NCBI GenBank assembly: GCA_040954595.2
Contig: CM082591.2
Span: forward strand, 3,705,957-3,769,956
Length of the DNA: 64,000 nt
Direction of reading: 5' to 3'
Source: Balanoglossus misakiensis
Lineage: Eukaryota > Animalia > Hemichordata
The notes under the pieces are model-generated. The model saw only the letters and a program-made list of their open reading frames with translations, was not told the DNA's origin and did not search any database. Shown piece after piece: positions 1-11,500 of this stretch (positions are counted from its first letter, which is position 1; each line of letters opens with the position of its first letter). The position numbers were made by a program, and so were the translations under genes.

Positions 1-46
1 TATTGTAATTGTAAACATTTTCCGTTTATTTGCCCACAATATGAAG

Positions 47-811
47 GTGGAGGAGACAAAAAATGGCGAGACGATCTAAGATGTGGATCTGGCTACCCCC
101 TCCCTGACGGCAGTCCAGCTGAATGTGACCCTAATGGTATCTATCCTTGTTGTTCACCTTATGCCTGGTGTGGTAACACCGCAGACCACTGTTCATGCTC
201 CCAATGCATTGACTATAGAGGTGAGTAGGGTTTATTTTCCTGTGAAAACATTTTATCATTATGGGGAAAATATTCAACATGAGTAGAAGTGTTTACTGTG
301 TATTACATCTGGGCAAATGGAGTTAATTCTTAGTATTAAATGCACATGTACTACGCACTTGCCATACATACATGCCTACCTACCTACCTACCTACATACA
401 TACATACATACATACATACATACATACATACATACATACATACATACATACATAGACAAACTGTACATGTATATAATGTTTAATTGAATGTAATAAAGAA
501 CGATTCAGGGGCAACGCAACATAATATTAAATGCATTGATCTTTCGTTTAGATTCCCAATCCGAATTGTGTTCGAATACGTGCCGTTACCCTGGAGATGG
601 CGAATGTGATGATGGTGGACCCAATTCACAATACAGCCTCTGCGACTACGGAACCGACTGTGATGACTGTGGGCCACGCCCGCTTTTGTGTTCGGATACC
701 TGCTCTTACCCTCGAGATGGCGAATGTGATGATGGCGGACCCAATTCGCAATACAGCGTCTGCGACTACGGAACCGACTGTGCTGACTGTGGACCCCGCA
801 CTCCACAGTGA
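47..811 (+). CDS. 3' end of a modular Cys-rich extracellular protein: hevein/chitin-binding-type-1-like module followed by two CDDGG repeats (5' part lies outside the window)
   Basis: Exon 47-220 (ag|...G|gtgagt, 174 nt, phase 1-1) reads KWRDDLRCGSGYPLPDGSPAECDPNGIYPCCSPYAWCGNTADHCSCSQCIDYR. Exon 552-811 reads DSQSELCSNTCRYPGDGECDDGGPNSQYSLCDYGTDCDDCGPR plus a second near-identical copy, then TGA at 809-811. AATAAA at 1009-1014. No TM segment in the visible part. Confidence 0.8.
363..454. repeat. (TACC)n/(TACA)n tetranucleotide microsatellite, intronic
   Basis: Direct reading of cctacctacc...tacatacatac. Confidence 0.95.
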
Positions 812-1400
812 ATCCGCTTTCACTGAAACTCAACAGGGAACATAGACGTCCCTCGCGGTTAAACTGCGATGCATGCATGCATGAAAAAATGGCTATTGAT
901 TACAATTTTTGACTTTCGATCCTTCTCGTAGTAAATAGTATTTCAAACATCACGCCTGCACGGGCCAGTCTCTTGCAGTTATCGTTGGTGTTGTTATTAT
1001 CTTTTGGGAATAAACATATTGGTTATGGCACTAGTATGTTGTCATTGCATTCATTTTTTGTTGTTGCTGAATAGCGGAAAGTCATTAGTTCCTATTTTCC
1101 TCATACAACCTTAATTTCTAGAGATTGACCAGGTTGAATACCTTTCGAAAACGGAGAAGTGACATTATCGGAAATTGCGAATTTATAACTTTTAAACGTT
1201 TTGAGGATGTTGGACATTACGTCAACGGGAAAAAAACTCTACCCTACTCATTTCATTCACCTCTTCAATCAAATAAAATTGATGTAATATTCGTCGTGCA
1301 GCGAAGGTGCCCCACAGCCAAAGATTTTTCGACACCCACCCATTAAATGTTACTCAAGAAAGAGGCACCTTGACTTAGCGAAACAAATTCCATGCATTTC

Positions 1401-4284
1401 TTAGTGATGATGGGCTCTCCAAACAGGGTGTGTGGATCTTCCTGTTTGGATTGAGTCGTACGCAATGTTGTCCACAAATCCAGTACCGCAGCAGGCGTCT
1501 GGGATATTGTCGTGGTTGAGTTCCCTTTTCACGGTTTCGTAACCATGCACTTCGTATATGCAACTGCCATTGTTCTTAAGGGTTGTTCTTGCGCCACCGG
1601 GCGTTTCGCAGGTTACCTTGGTGACGTCAGTATGCTGGCACTGTCCATCACCAGGACACTCCGAGTTGTTCCGCCGGGGAGATTTCTCATGCTGCGCCGT
1701 TCCCGCAGAACGCTCTTGCCGATCGCGCGGGCAAAGCACGGTCAAATTCTTCGAGGGTGTCATCACCATCTCGGATGCGGGCACCCCGTTTGCGACAGTT
1801 CCCTCTTGGGCGCGATTTGCGATGACTTCGCTAGAATCATAGTTGCCTATTCGTCGTATGCTCTGTTTTGGGAGTCGTCGAATAAGACTTGTTAAACCGA
1901 CATTACGCTTCTCTAAATTCCTTTAAAGAATAAAGGAGAAGGTTAATTAAATGCGGTACTTATAATAAATTAACTAACTTGTTATTTCTTCTTCACAACA
2001 TCAAGATGTCTCAGAGTGTGGTAACATCGTATTCATAATCCCTAACGCATGTTCTGTATAGCTGAAGAGTACGGTAGGAAAGTGGCGTTGTTTTTCTAAG
2101 GCGAGGCCCGACAATACATTTCTATATCAACATGACTCAAGCATATTTACAAAAAAAGGAACTTTGATTTTTATGAAATGAAAACTGGGTGACCGTGTGC
2201 TACTGCAGCCACGTGACTTACCGCCGTCGGATCCAAAACACAACAGCCAGCGATGCAGCAATTATCAATATCGCAATGACCATAGCAACGCATAAGTTGA
2301 TAATATATCTTGAGCCTAGAAAAAAGAACGATCAAACTGACATTTGTCGGCGAGCTACTGGCTATGAATATTTATTTTGGTTAAGCCATCGTGGTAATCT
2401 ACTGAAAATCAGATGAATTGGCATTAACCTGAACAATGTGATATTTAGAGTGGTCACGAGAATCCAACAGGTATGTTCTCATTTATACCGGTCGATTTAG
2501 TTTTTTCTGAAGACAGAAAACACACAGCCGCCAGTATTTCAGTTCTGTGGCATGAATTCGCTCGACTTTGATAAAAGATGGAGGTCTTTTAAGCAATGTT
2601 TATTTGCCAGGTTTCCCAAATGGTGTCTTACCTTCGAAATGCTTTTCCTCTTTTTCCGAAAATAATGTAACAACTGTAGTAACTGCGGAAGAAATTGTAA
2701 AACAGCATTTCTACTGTACTTACAGAACTCCAAGTATGCCAGAATCTTAGATAACGTTTTAAAAAATAAAGGACGCATTTTCTCATGCTGTCGTTTCGAT
2801 GCTGTTAGTTTTCCGTATTCGGTTATTTTGTTGTAGATGCTTTCAACGTTTTACAAGTTTGTTATCCCAAGATGTTGAAACTTGACAAGCCCATACCATC
2901 GCTAATCTTTCGAAACAAGAGTTTGAAAGTACAATTACCGTTTCTGACACAGTGTGGCTTTTGGGTCCATTTGCCCGTTCCAGTACACAAGATGACATCA
3001 TGTCCGGTGCTGGAATAACCCTCGTGGCAGCTGTATTTCACAGTATCTGAATATGTGAAGCTATCGCCATGTCTGTCAGCGTTGGTCACATTACCTGGGT
3101 CACCGCAATCCACAACTTTATGAAATTGATAGTAAAAATACGAATTCGTCATTGAAGGGGTGGAAAGATTTTCTCAAAACATTATGTAAGAAAACAGGGA
3201 AGATATCGCAATGTATGTAAGTAACCCGTCTCTCACTCCATTCACCCACCCACCAACCAACCCATCCATCCATCCATCCATCCATCCATCCATCCAACCA
3301 CTCATCCACCCATCCATCCATCAACTTCGGTACCTACCGAAACAGGTTGGTATGTTATCATTCCAAGTTCCACTCTCTTGGCACCAAACTTGAGAATGCA
3401 AAGTACTCAACCGATACCCCTCATGGCAAGTGACGGTGTACTTGTATGGGCAGAAGGCACCAACGGTAAAGTCTGCATTGGGATTGGAGTCTATTGGGAT
3501 TTCACATACCGTTGGGATTTCTACGAACGATAAAAAGTGAAACATTTTACTTTATATTTGAATCAGAAATAAAGGGTAGGCGCCGTCCCGTCTGCGGTTG
3601 AGGTCCCATACGACACAGTTGCCAGATGCAAAGTGTAACTGCTACAACGTAATTCATTGCAAACAATGCGGTTGTTACTTTGTATTACATAGCCCGTCTT
3701 GGCAAACAATGCCTCGTTACATTTTATCACATTCCAAAGTTACTTGTCGCCTACACTTTTGACCCATCACAGATGTAGCATTTGACCTCTCACCTTTGAA
3801 CTCTAGAATAAATATCCCTCCGCCAACCTCTCCAACAGTGTCACTGGTGGCCTCCGAATAAAACTCCACGTACACTTCATTGGAGCACGAGCGCCACACA
3901 GCAGCGGAAGTTGAAAAGTCCATCCTCCCGATTTCTAAGTACGTGTCGTCTGGCTTTTCATATATGGCCACGTGATCCTCTTGACCCATCTGGCTGAACA
4001 GCGAAAAGGTCAGTTCCACTGTTGTTCCATATGTGGTTGTAATACTCCACACGCAGTGATAATTCTTCCCGGGGGTTAGACTTCCTGGGAAACCAGGGGA
4101 GAATATGGTACCATTTCCATTTCTATGACCTCCACATGAACTCATGGATGCTGGAGAGATAGAGAGGGGGGGGGGGGGAGAGAAACGAAATATGCGATGA
4201 CGATCATTTTAAGAGTTTTTATATAGTTAGGTCAGTAACATCTCAATTTTTGGCAATAGTGTCCTATAGTGGCCGATATACGAG

Positions 4285-4341
<57 letters not shown>

Positions 4342-4369
4342 CCACCACCACCACCACCACCACCATCAC

Positions 4370-4428
<59 letters not shown>

Positions 4429-6182
4429 CCACCACCACCACCACCACCACCACCACCACCACAACCTCGAAACACTTTCTTCGTATGTGGAAAAGAATGG
4501 AGAGCAGAAAAAAACAGCCTTACCCAGATAAATGGCAATTTCATTGAGTCCTCCACACATACGGTCATAGTCTCCCCTGCACCTGGCGTCACACAGCTCG
4601 CTGCTCACTCTACCATAGCGGGCGTACCGTGAGTCCTGGTTTCCACAGTAACAACGGTTACCGCTGAGAAGGCCTGCGTACGTGGTGTTACGTGTATGAC
4701 AGTACTCCAGGCATTTCTGGATCGTCATTCGCTGCGAATACTTGATGTACTGTGAGAAAACGGGGTCGCTCCTGTCGTTGCGATAGCAACCGAGATACCC
4801 GTCATCTGTCGTCATTGGATAGAAAGTTGTAATTAGAGGATATTGAAAATATGCCTGGCGTTTTTATTTGTCCGACGGGAGAATATTTAATTTCTGTGCA
4901 ATGGGACTCTTGAAATGTTTGTGTTCACACATTCCAATGAAGAAAATATTATATGAAAGGTTGCACAATGCGTGTTACAGGCAGCTACTAGTGGATTACA
5001 GGAAGACCACGTACAATCGTCAGTACAAACTTAAAACAACAAGTCCAAAGCACAATACCGGTTATGTGAATTTTGTGTACTTGGTTGACTTACAATTACA
5101 AGACACTGTGGCTGCTGTTTGATATCTGTATGTTGTCGCATGCGGGCACTGCATCAATGACGTCTCGTTGCCCACACATCGCACGTTGACGATTCTCAGG
5201 CGGCCATCGCCATCGAGAGCGTTTTCCCGCCAACCCCACGACATAGCACCCGGATGACCTGGCAAAACAAGGCGCGAAACGATTAGCATACACACGACTT
5301 GCTGATATGGTCTATGACTTGAGATATAGGCTATACTGTAGGGCAATAACACCAATGTTTTGTCAAGCTGAGTAAGTTTTGTCAATACTGGCATTGCTCA
5401 TTCGCTGATGTTGTTGAAACATCACTTGTTTTACATTCTTCACGGCCCCACCCCTTCACTCTGTAAGATAACAATTATTCTGAAGGTGGCAAATAGGCGG
5501 CTGAAATTCAGTATGCTACACTAGTGGCATGATAACCCCGGGCGGCGTTCATAGCGGCTAATCATTAATCTTTTCAAACCACACAACACATTACATGTAC
5601 CTAGCTCGTTGCAGACAACATCAGCGTCAGCAAACCCCCAGCTGCTTCGTAAGACCGGTGACCAACCGCTGCCAGATCGGTACGCTTCAACTTGTCCCTC
5701 ATACGGGCTTATGGCTCCCCCGACCAGTCGAACAGAAATAGCTGTCAAAGCACACAAAAAATCAAATCAAAAAATAGGTGCGTGGAAAAATGGCAGAGGA
5801 GAATTCACGCAATAAGGCGTTAACCAAAGAATTACGTCCCTTCTCCTGTACTATGACATAGTTGTATTCATTTCCTTGGCAGGTCATATGTTTCGGTTAA
5901 TACTGAACATAGCCATACACTACAGAAAGACGTAGCGAGATTTTTCAAGTGGATGGTACTCAGAATCAAAATTTCAGAAAACTAATAAAATTAAGTAATA
6001 CACTTTTGTGGCATCTTGGGCTACATGATGAATTAACAAACACAATTTGGTTATGTATTTTTGATGGAAACTACGAGAAAAAAAGACTTACCGTTTTGTG
6101 AGAAACAAACGTTGAACACTGCAATTGCTAAGAGCAAGCCGATTTCCTCAAAATGGCTATACAGATTGCAGCCCATAGCCAT
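1401..6182 (-). CDS. Receptor 1: type-I membrane protein, signal peptide-SRCR-WSC-CUB-CCP(sushi)-CCP-stalk-TM-cytoplasmic tail with Tyr motifs
   Basis: Exons on the minus strand, GT-AG and in frame: 6182-6092 ([30 protein letters not shown]; an in-frame upstream ATG at 6200); 5741-5601 and 5258-5094 (SRCR, VRLVGG..YEGQVE..W..VCNELG); 4805-4524 ([29 protein letters not shown]); 4150-3794 ([21 protein letters not shown]); 3520-3338 and 3115-2939 (CCP); probable small exons 2682-2632 and 2506-2489; TM 2315-2222 ([28 protein letters not shown]); tail 1920-1401 ending in TAA. Confidence 0.85.
3243..3322. repeat. (CCAT)n/(CCAC)n microsatellite, intronic
   Basis: Direct reading; lies in the intron between the two CCP exons. 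Confidence 0.9.
4285..4462. repeat. Compound (CAT)n(CAC)n(CAT)n(CAC)n trinucleotide microsatellite, intronic
   Basis: Direct reading. It lies between the WSC donor (4524) and the CUB acceptor (4150) and produces the poly-H/D/G/M/I ORFs in the track. Confidence 0.95.
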
Positions 6183-6610
6183 CGCGCCACGGCTGGGCAT
6201 TACAGATATGTACAACGAATGATACGAAGCGAGACACTTGATGAACAGGAATCAAGATCTTTCCTCGTGAATTCTGGGATAAAAAAATGCATTTGAATTG
6301 AACATTCCTTTTCTTCAAGATAAACACATGTTTTTATAACAAATGGCTTTCATTGGGTGATGCTGACCACGTGATGCCACCACGTTAAATCCCACCCTTG
6401 TTTCATATGAGTCATTTTTATTCACTTTCCAAACTCGCCACCTTTTTCCAGTCTTAGGTCGAACCTCATTGATTTCATATTATTTTGTAAATATGTCAAA
6501 AATTCGACATAATTCACATTCCCTGTCAACGAAAGTTTTATAAACTTCTCATATCTTGACTGGAACATTAAACATTTCGCTGGATGTTGACAAACACGAG
6601 ACTACAATAT

Positions 6611-8040
6611 TGTCACGGATGCTAGGTCAACGCCGCACACCAAGACTCATACCTCAAGAAATGCGACTTTTTCCTGATTCTCACTCTGAGACACCCTGTA
6701 TCAAGAGAAACTGTCAATTATCCATGATTGGGCGGAGCTTGTATCACGTGGGCTTGTTGCATGTATAGTGACTCCCCTAGCTCGACATCCAAAATCAGAC
6801 GAGACATGGCGGTTGAACTGTGAGCGTCGCGCTCTCGGTTGTAGTGGTCTGAATTCGTACTTTACCTCTATCTTTCTTATATTTTCGTTCAAACCTTTCT
6901 CCACGTTTGTGGGAACACTTTTCTGTAACCTCTGATAGGTTTAGTCGTCTACGGATCGTAATTCCGAGGTTTGTCTTGGTATTTGTGTGAGCGCAACGCT
7001 CAGGTCGGTCGGGTAGCAGTTTATACTGCATTTTTCCAGCACATCTCTTTAAATAGCGCACGTTCTGCCGTGCGCAAGGTAAATCGAACCAGGACTTGTA
7101 ACGGACCGGTCTACGCCGTCAAGGCTCGATCGTGCTACGTTTACGCTACCGTTGAGTTGGCTGGTTCGTCATTCACAAAGGCTTGACAATTTTGGGGACC
7201 TCAGTCCGACATAATTTCCGTTACATTGGTGCCATTGTGGGATAAGATTTGTGCTGCTTGTTCGTTCAGTCTGCGGTTTGCAGCTGTGGACTTTCCTTGG
7301 GCGTTGCGTCTATTGTTCTTATACATTGTTGCTATTGATGAATAGCGTTATCGATTTTTTTTCGTCTAGTGTACGTCACAGGTGCACTGTAGTACAATGG
7401 AGTTGTCACGGAATTGCTAGGTCAACGCCAGGTCGACGCCGCTCACAAGACTCATATCTCAACAAAATGCGACTTTTTCCTGATTCTCAGAGTGAGAAAC
7501 CCTATGGCAGGAGAAAGTGTCAATTTTCCACGATTGGGGCGGAGCTTGTATCACGGGGGCTTGTTGCATGTACAGTGACTCCCCTCGACATCCAAAAGCA
7601 GACGAGACACGGCGGTTGAACTGTCAGCATCGTGCTCTCGTGTGTAGTGATCTGAATTCGTACTTTACCTCTATCTTTCTTATATTTTCGTTCAAACCTT
7701 TCTCCACGTTTGTGGGAACACTTTTCTGTAACCTCTGAGAGGTTTAATCGTCTGCGGATAGTAATTCCGAGGTTTTTCTTGGTATTTGTGTGAGCGCAAC
7801 GCTCAGGTCGGTCGGGTAGCAGTTTTATTTATACTGCATTTTTCCAGCACATCTCTTAGCGCACGTTCTGCCGTGCGCAAGGTAAATCGAACCAGGACTT
7901 GTAACGGACCGGTCTACGCCGTCAAGGCTTGATCGTGCTACGTTATGCTACCGTTGAGTTGGCTGTTTGGTCCAAGGTTCGTCATTCACTAAAGGCTTGA
8001 CAATTTTTAAGGCCCTCAGTCCGACATAATTTCCGTAATA
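6611..8040 (+). mobile_element. Non-autonomous or internally deleted LTR retroelement (TRIM-like): LTR 6611-7225, short internal segment, LTR 7404-8040
   Basis: Two highly similar direct repeats of about 620 bp. Each starts TGTCACGGA and ends TCCGTTACA or TCCGTAATA (TG..CA with short inverted ends). PBS-like TGGTGCC begins 1 nt after the left LTR. CAATAT flanks both sides (6605-6610 and 8041-8046), consistent with a TSD. No gag/pol ORF. Confidence 0.8.
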
Positions 8041-8585
8041 CAATATGTTTGGTACATGAGGTGATGACTACAGTGACAGCGTGTACTATGGCCATGTTTT
8101 GTTTTATGGCTGTGTCATCTAAGTCAATACTTCAAAGATGCGTGGTTTATATTCGGCCATTGCATGCCCTGGAGAAATTTTGTTTGTTTTAAATATACGA
8201 AAACTTCTTGAATGGAGGTGAACAACACGCGAGCTGCACTGGGTCAGCTGATTTCACACAATAGTCTGCTGTGTCGTGGTTGGGTCAAGGCCAGTTCACC
8301 GTTGTGGCTGTATAGCGCCGCCCACTTGGTGATGTCACAAATCCGAGCGCTGTCAACAAATGTTGTTTACCAGCTGAATGTGAACACAGGCACGTTGGCA
8401 GGTTCGGTTCTGCATTCAGCTTACGTCACCCCTCGACCGATAGCAGGATATGACGAATCGGGCGACCAATCATAAACGTGGGGATCGTCAGATAGCCTTT
8501 TCAATAAACGCTACATACACAGTATGCACATATAGGCCTATATACTGTACTTCACTTCTATCACAGTTGTATAAAACGTTCGACT

Positions 8586-11500
8586 ATGAATCGCATTGGT
8601 CCAGAATTTGTGTCCAAAGCATACGCTTTGTGTCGGCAGTACCTTAAGGGGGCATGGGCTACCTTGCAGGAAGACGAATTTCAAGTTGAAGTTCTCAGGT
8701 GAGATGATGATGAGGAGAATGTGTGGGATTCTCGCGCATCCATGGTTTTTACGTTGCGTCAAAATGTTTTGCAATTTCACATTGTGCGCATGGGATACGC
8801 GCCTAGACTACCGATAACTTTGAGTCGCGACAACTGACTTAATTTCCCTGCGAACAGTGTTTGTGATTGCCACTCGTCCAAATGCCGGATTTTGCGCATT
8901 GTGGGTGATGTTTTGGCGCAACAACATCGCAGCATAGGAGCGAGTTTGAGCCTTATGCCATCTGTTATTTTACTCAGCGGCGGTGCGGTCAAGGTATTAG
9001 CTGTGTCCGTCGCGCTGTACATTTTAACATTTGCATGCAGAGTTAAAAAGAACGGTCTCAGAAACCTTGCATTCGTTACGTAATGCATACGTAACTGTCT
9101 AGATTAACAACTATAGCAGAAGCGAATTCAAACTAACTATTCGCAGAATGTATGCAAGTGAAGGGTTCGCCACTGAAAGTGTAAAACTCAATTTTATGAG
9201 TTTTCTGTTGTTACTGTTTCAAAATACAATCACGTGCTACCGACTTACTTTAAGTTTAATAATACAACTTTCTTTTATCGGGGCACACTGTGGTGCAGTG
9301 TTGTTTGGAGTCCTGCGTATGTGTTGTGAAATAAAAAAAAACAGAGTTTATAAAGTTATGAAATTAAGCAAAGGCATGCTTTATTGTGTTTTCAAGGAAA
9401 AGTCCCTGTGTTTATAACCTTAAGTGAATTATAAGGTCATTAGCATCGGGGAATCCCACTGAAGGTCGAGTGTGAGCACCAAAGGTCGTCGCTGGAAATT
9501 CAGTGTCGTGAGTCAAGTGACGGTCACGGGTTGTAGACTGCTGTTGATGAGTATTTCGCTATCAGTGTTTGTGAAATTGCCGAGTTGCTCGTCAAAACAC
9601 CCTGTCCTTGACACCGTGACTATACAATCAGGGCGTTGTTTTTGCGCTATGTGAAAGGATTTTCAGAAGCTCTTAGACCGATTTTCAGCGATTGCACCAC
9701 AAATGTTTGATTCAATCAAACATTATACATTGTATTGAAACCGTCAAAGTCGCCTGTAGGTTAAGCTCAAAAAGAAGGACACCGCTGGTCCTGCGTGTTA
9801 TTTATTTACTCATCAGTCAAGGAAAGGTGACTGCAGGTCATTGCCCGAACAGGCGCACGGATAAGATCTGGTTAAAACCGCCATATTAGTATCGTTACAT
9901 AATAACTCCTTTTGTTTGTGTGTTTTAATTTGCATAATTTCTTTGTTTCGGACATTGTTTACAGTGGTACCGGTATAAGCAACTATCTGTTCGTGTGTTC
10001 TATACGGAACAACAAGATCACAGACCTGAACTGCCCTACAAAAGTGTTGCTGCATATCACCGGTGAAATTCCTGAAAACCCGGAGATCACATTGATTGAG
10101 ACTGTCACGTGTGTGTTACTGGCCGAAAGAAAAATTGCTCCCAAAGTCTATGGAACTTTCTATGGTGGGCGAATTGAAGAGTACATTCCAGTGAGTACAT
10201 TATTGTCTGAATTTGCGGGTAAAAATATCTGCATTTGTTTCTTATATGTTAACACTATACCAGGGAGTAAACAAGACTGACTCCGGGCTATAGGCGTATC
10301 TGGCTCTGGAAATGCAGTTTCTTTAGGACCGTAGGGGCGATGTCTTCTAGTGGCGTCTGTGGGGTCAATGAACTGTCAACTACCACCTGATATCTGTCTG
10401 CAACTTTGTATTAACTCCTTGAATTGTTTAGCCATCGTGCTTGAGGTCATTGAGAGGTCAGGCGTGGGACTGAAGCGAAAGTCACTTTTTGATGGATACT
10501 GTGTACCGTGTACTTCCTTTATCCTCCTGTCTAAAATTTAACCCTTTTCTGTCCAACATTCTAACACCTGACACTGTGTTGAGAAAAAAAACTATTTTTC
10601 ACCGTGATGCATGTAAATATTGCTAATCTTTGAAAGACGTTTTGGGGTGCTTGAAACCCATACAACTACTGAGATATTTGAAGAATACTATAGATTGCGT
10701 AACATGTGGACCATGTCTATATCCGTACCAAAGGACAAGGTCGCCATCTTTTGGAATTATTTAGTCATTTAAATTATAATCTAAGCTAACTGTAACAATG
10801 TCACAATTGAGTTACATTGTCCCTTTTGCTAAACAAAAATGCAGATCGACCTGATCATTGTTGTTTTCTTTGGTCGTAGTCGAGGAACTTGCTGGTCGAG
10901 GAAATTCGAGAAGAGAATTTTAGTACTCAAATAGCTAGAAAACTTGCAAGGTTCCACTCCATGGATCTACCATTGCAGAAGGAACCCGTATTTCTACTAG
11001 ATTCTTGTGTCAGGTTTGTTTGATTTTTAATTCATTTTAATAGATTTGCCATAATTGTTTTGTAATTAGGTTTGTGTTCCTAATGTTATCATATGTTCAA
11101 CATTATTCTAAGAAAAGTGTTATACATTGTATAACCTGAATGGAAACATATAACTTTGTCAAACAGAAAATAAATAAATAATGCCGCTATGGAACGTAAA
11201 CATACTATGAATATAAGGGAAAGAGTATACGTATTATAAAATTCGGACAATTTCTCATAAAAGTAAATATTTCTGATTACCCTCTAAAGATGGTTGAATA
11301 CCATTCTCGATGAAATTTCCTTCAACAACCCGGTCCAGGATGCAAAGTTCAGAATGTTGCTATCCATGGGATTGGAGCAGGAACTTGAATATATCGCGTA
11401 AGTTCTTATATTAATTTAAGATTGTCGTGGCTTATGTGTGTGTATGTATGAATGTATGTACATGTTTCCAAGGTTTTAATCCAGTCCACTGAGAAAGTTC

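Noticed and set aside
2724-2840. Extra Ser/Thr-rich stalk exons for receptor 1
   Set aside because: The candidates either contain an in-frame TAA or have a length (22 nt) that breaks the frame.
3118-3393. MDGW/HPSI repeat ORFs
   Set aside because: These are translations of an intronic (CCAT)n microsatellite.
4227-4592. ORFs with poly-His, poly-Asp/Gly, poly-Met/Val and poly-Ile/Thr tracts
   Set aside because: They are translations of an intronic (CAT)n/(CAC)n microsatellite lying between well-defined WSC and CUB exon splice sites.
6556-7738. Short ORFs within the duplicated segment
   Set aside because: They show no recognisable gag/pol or other motifs and their frames are not conserved between the two LTR copies.
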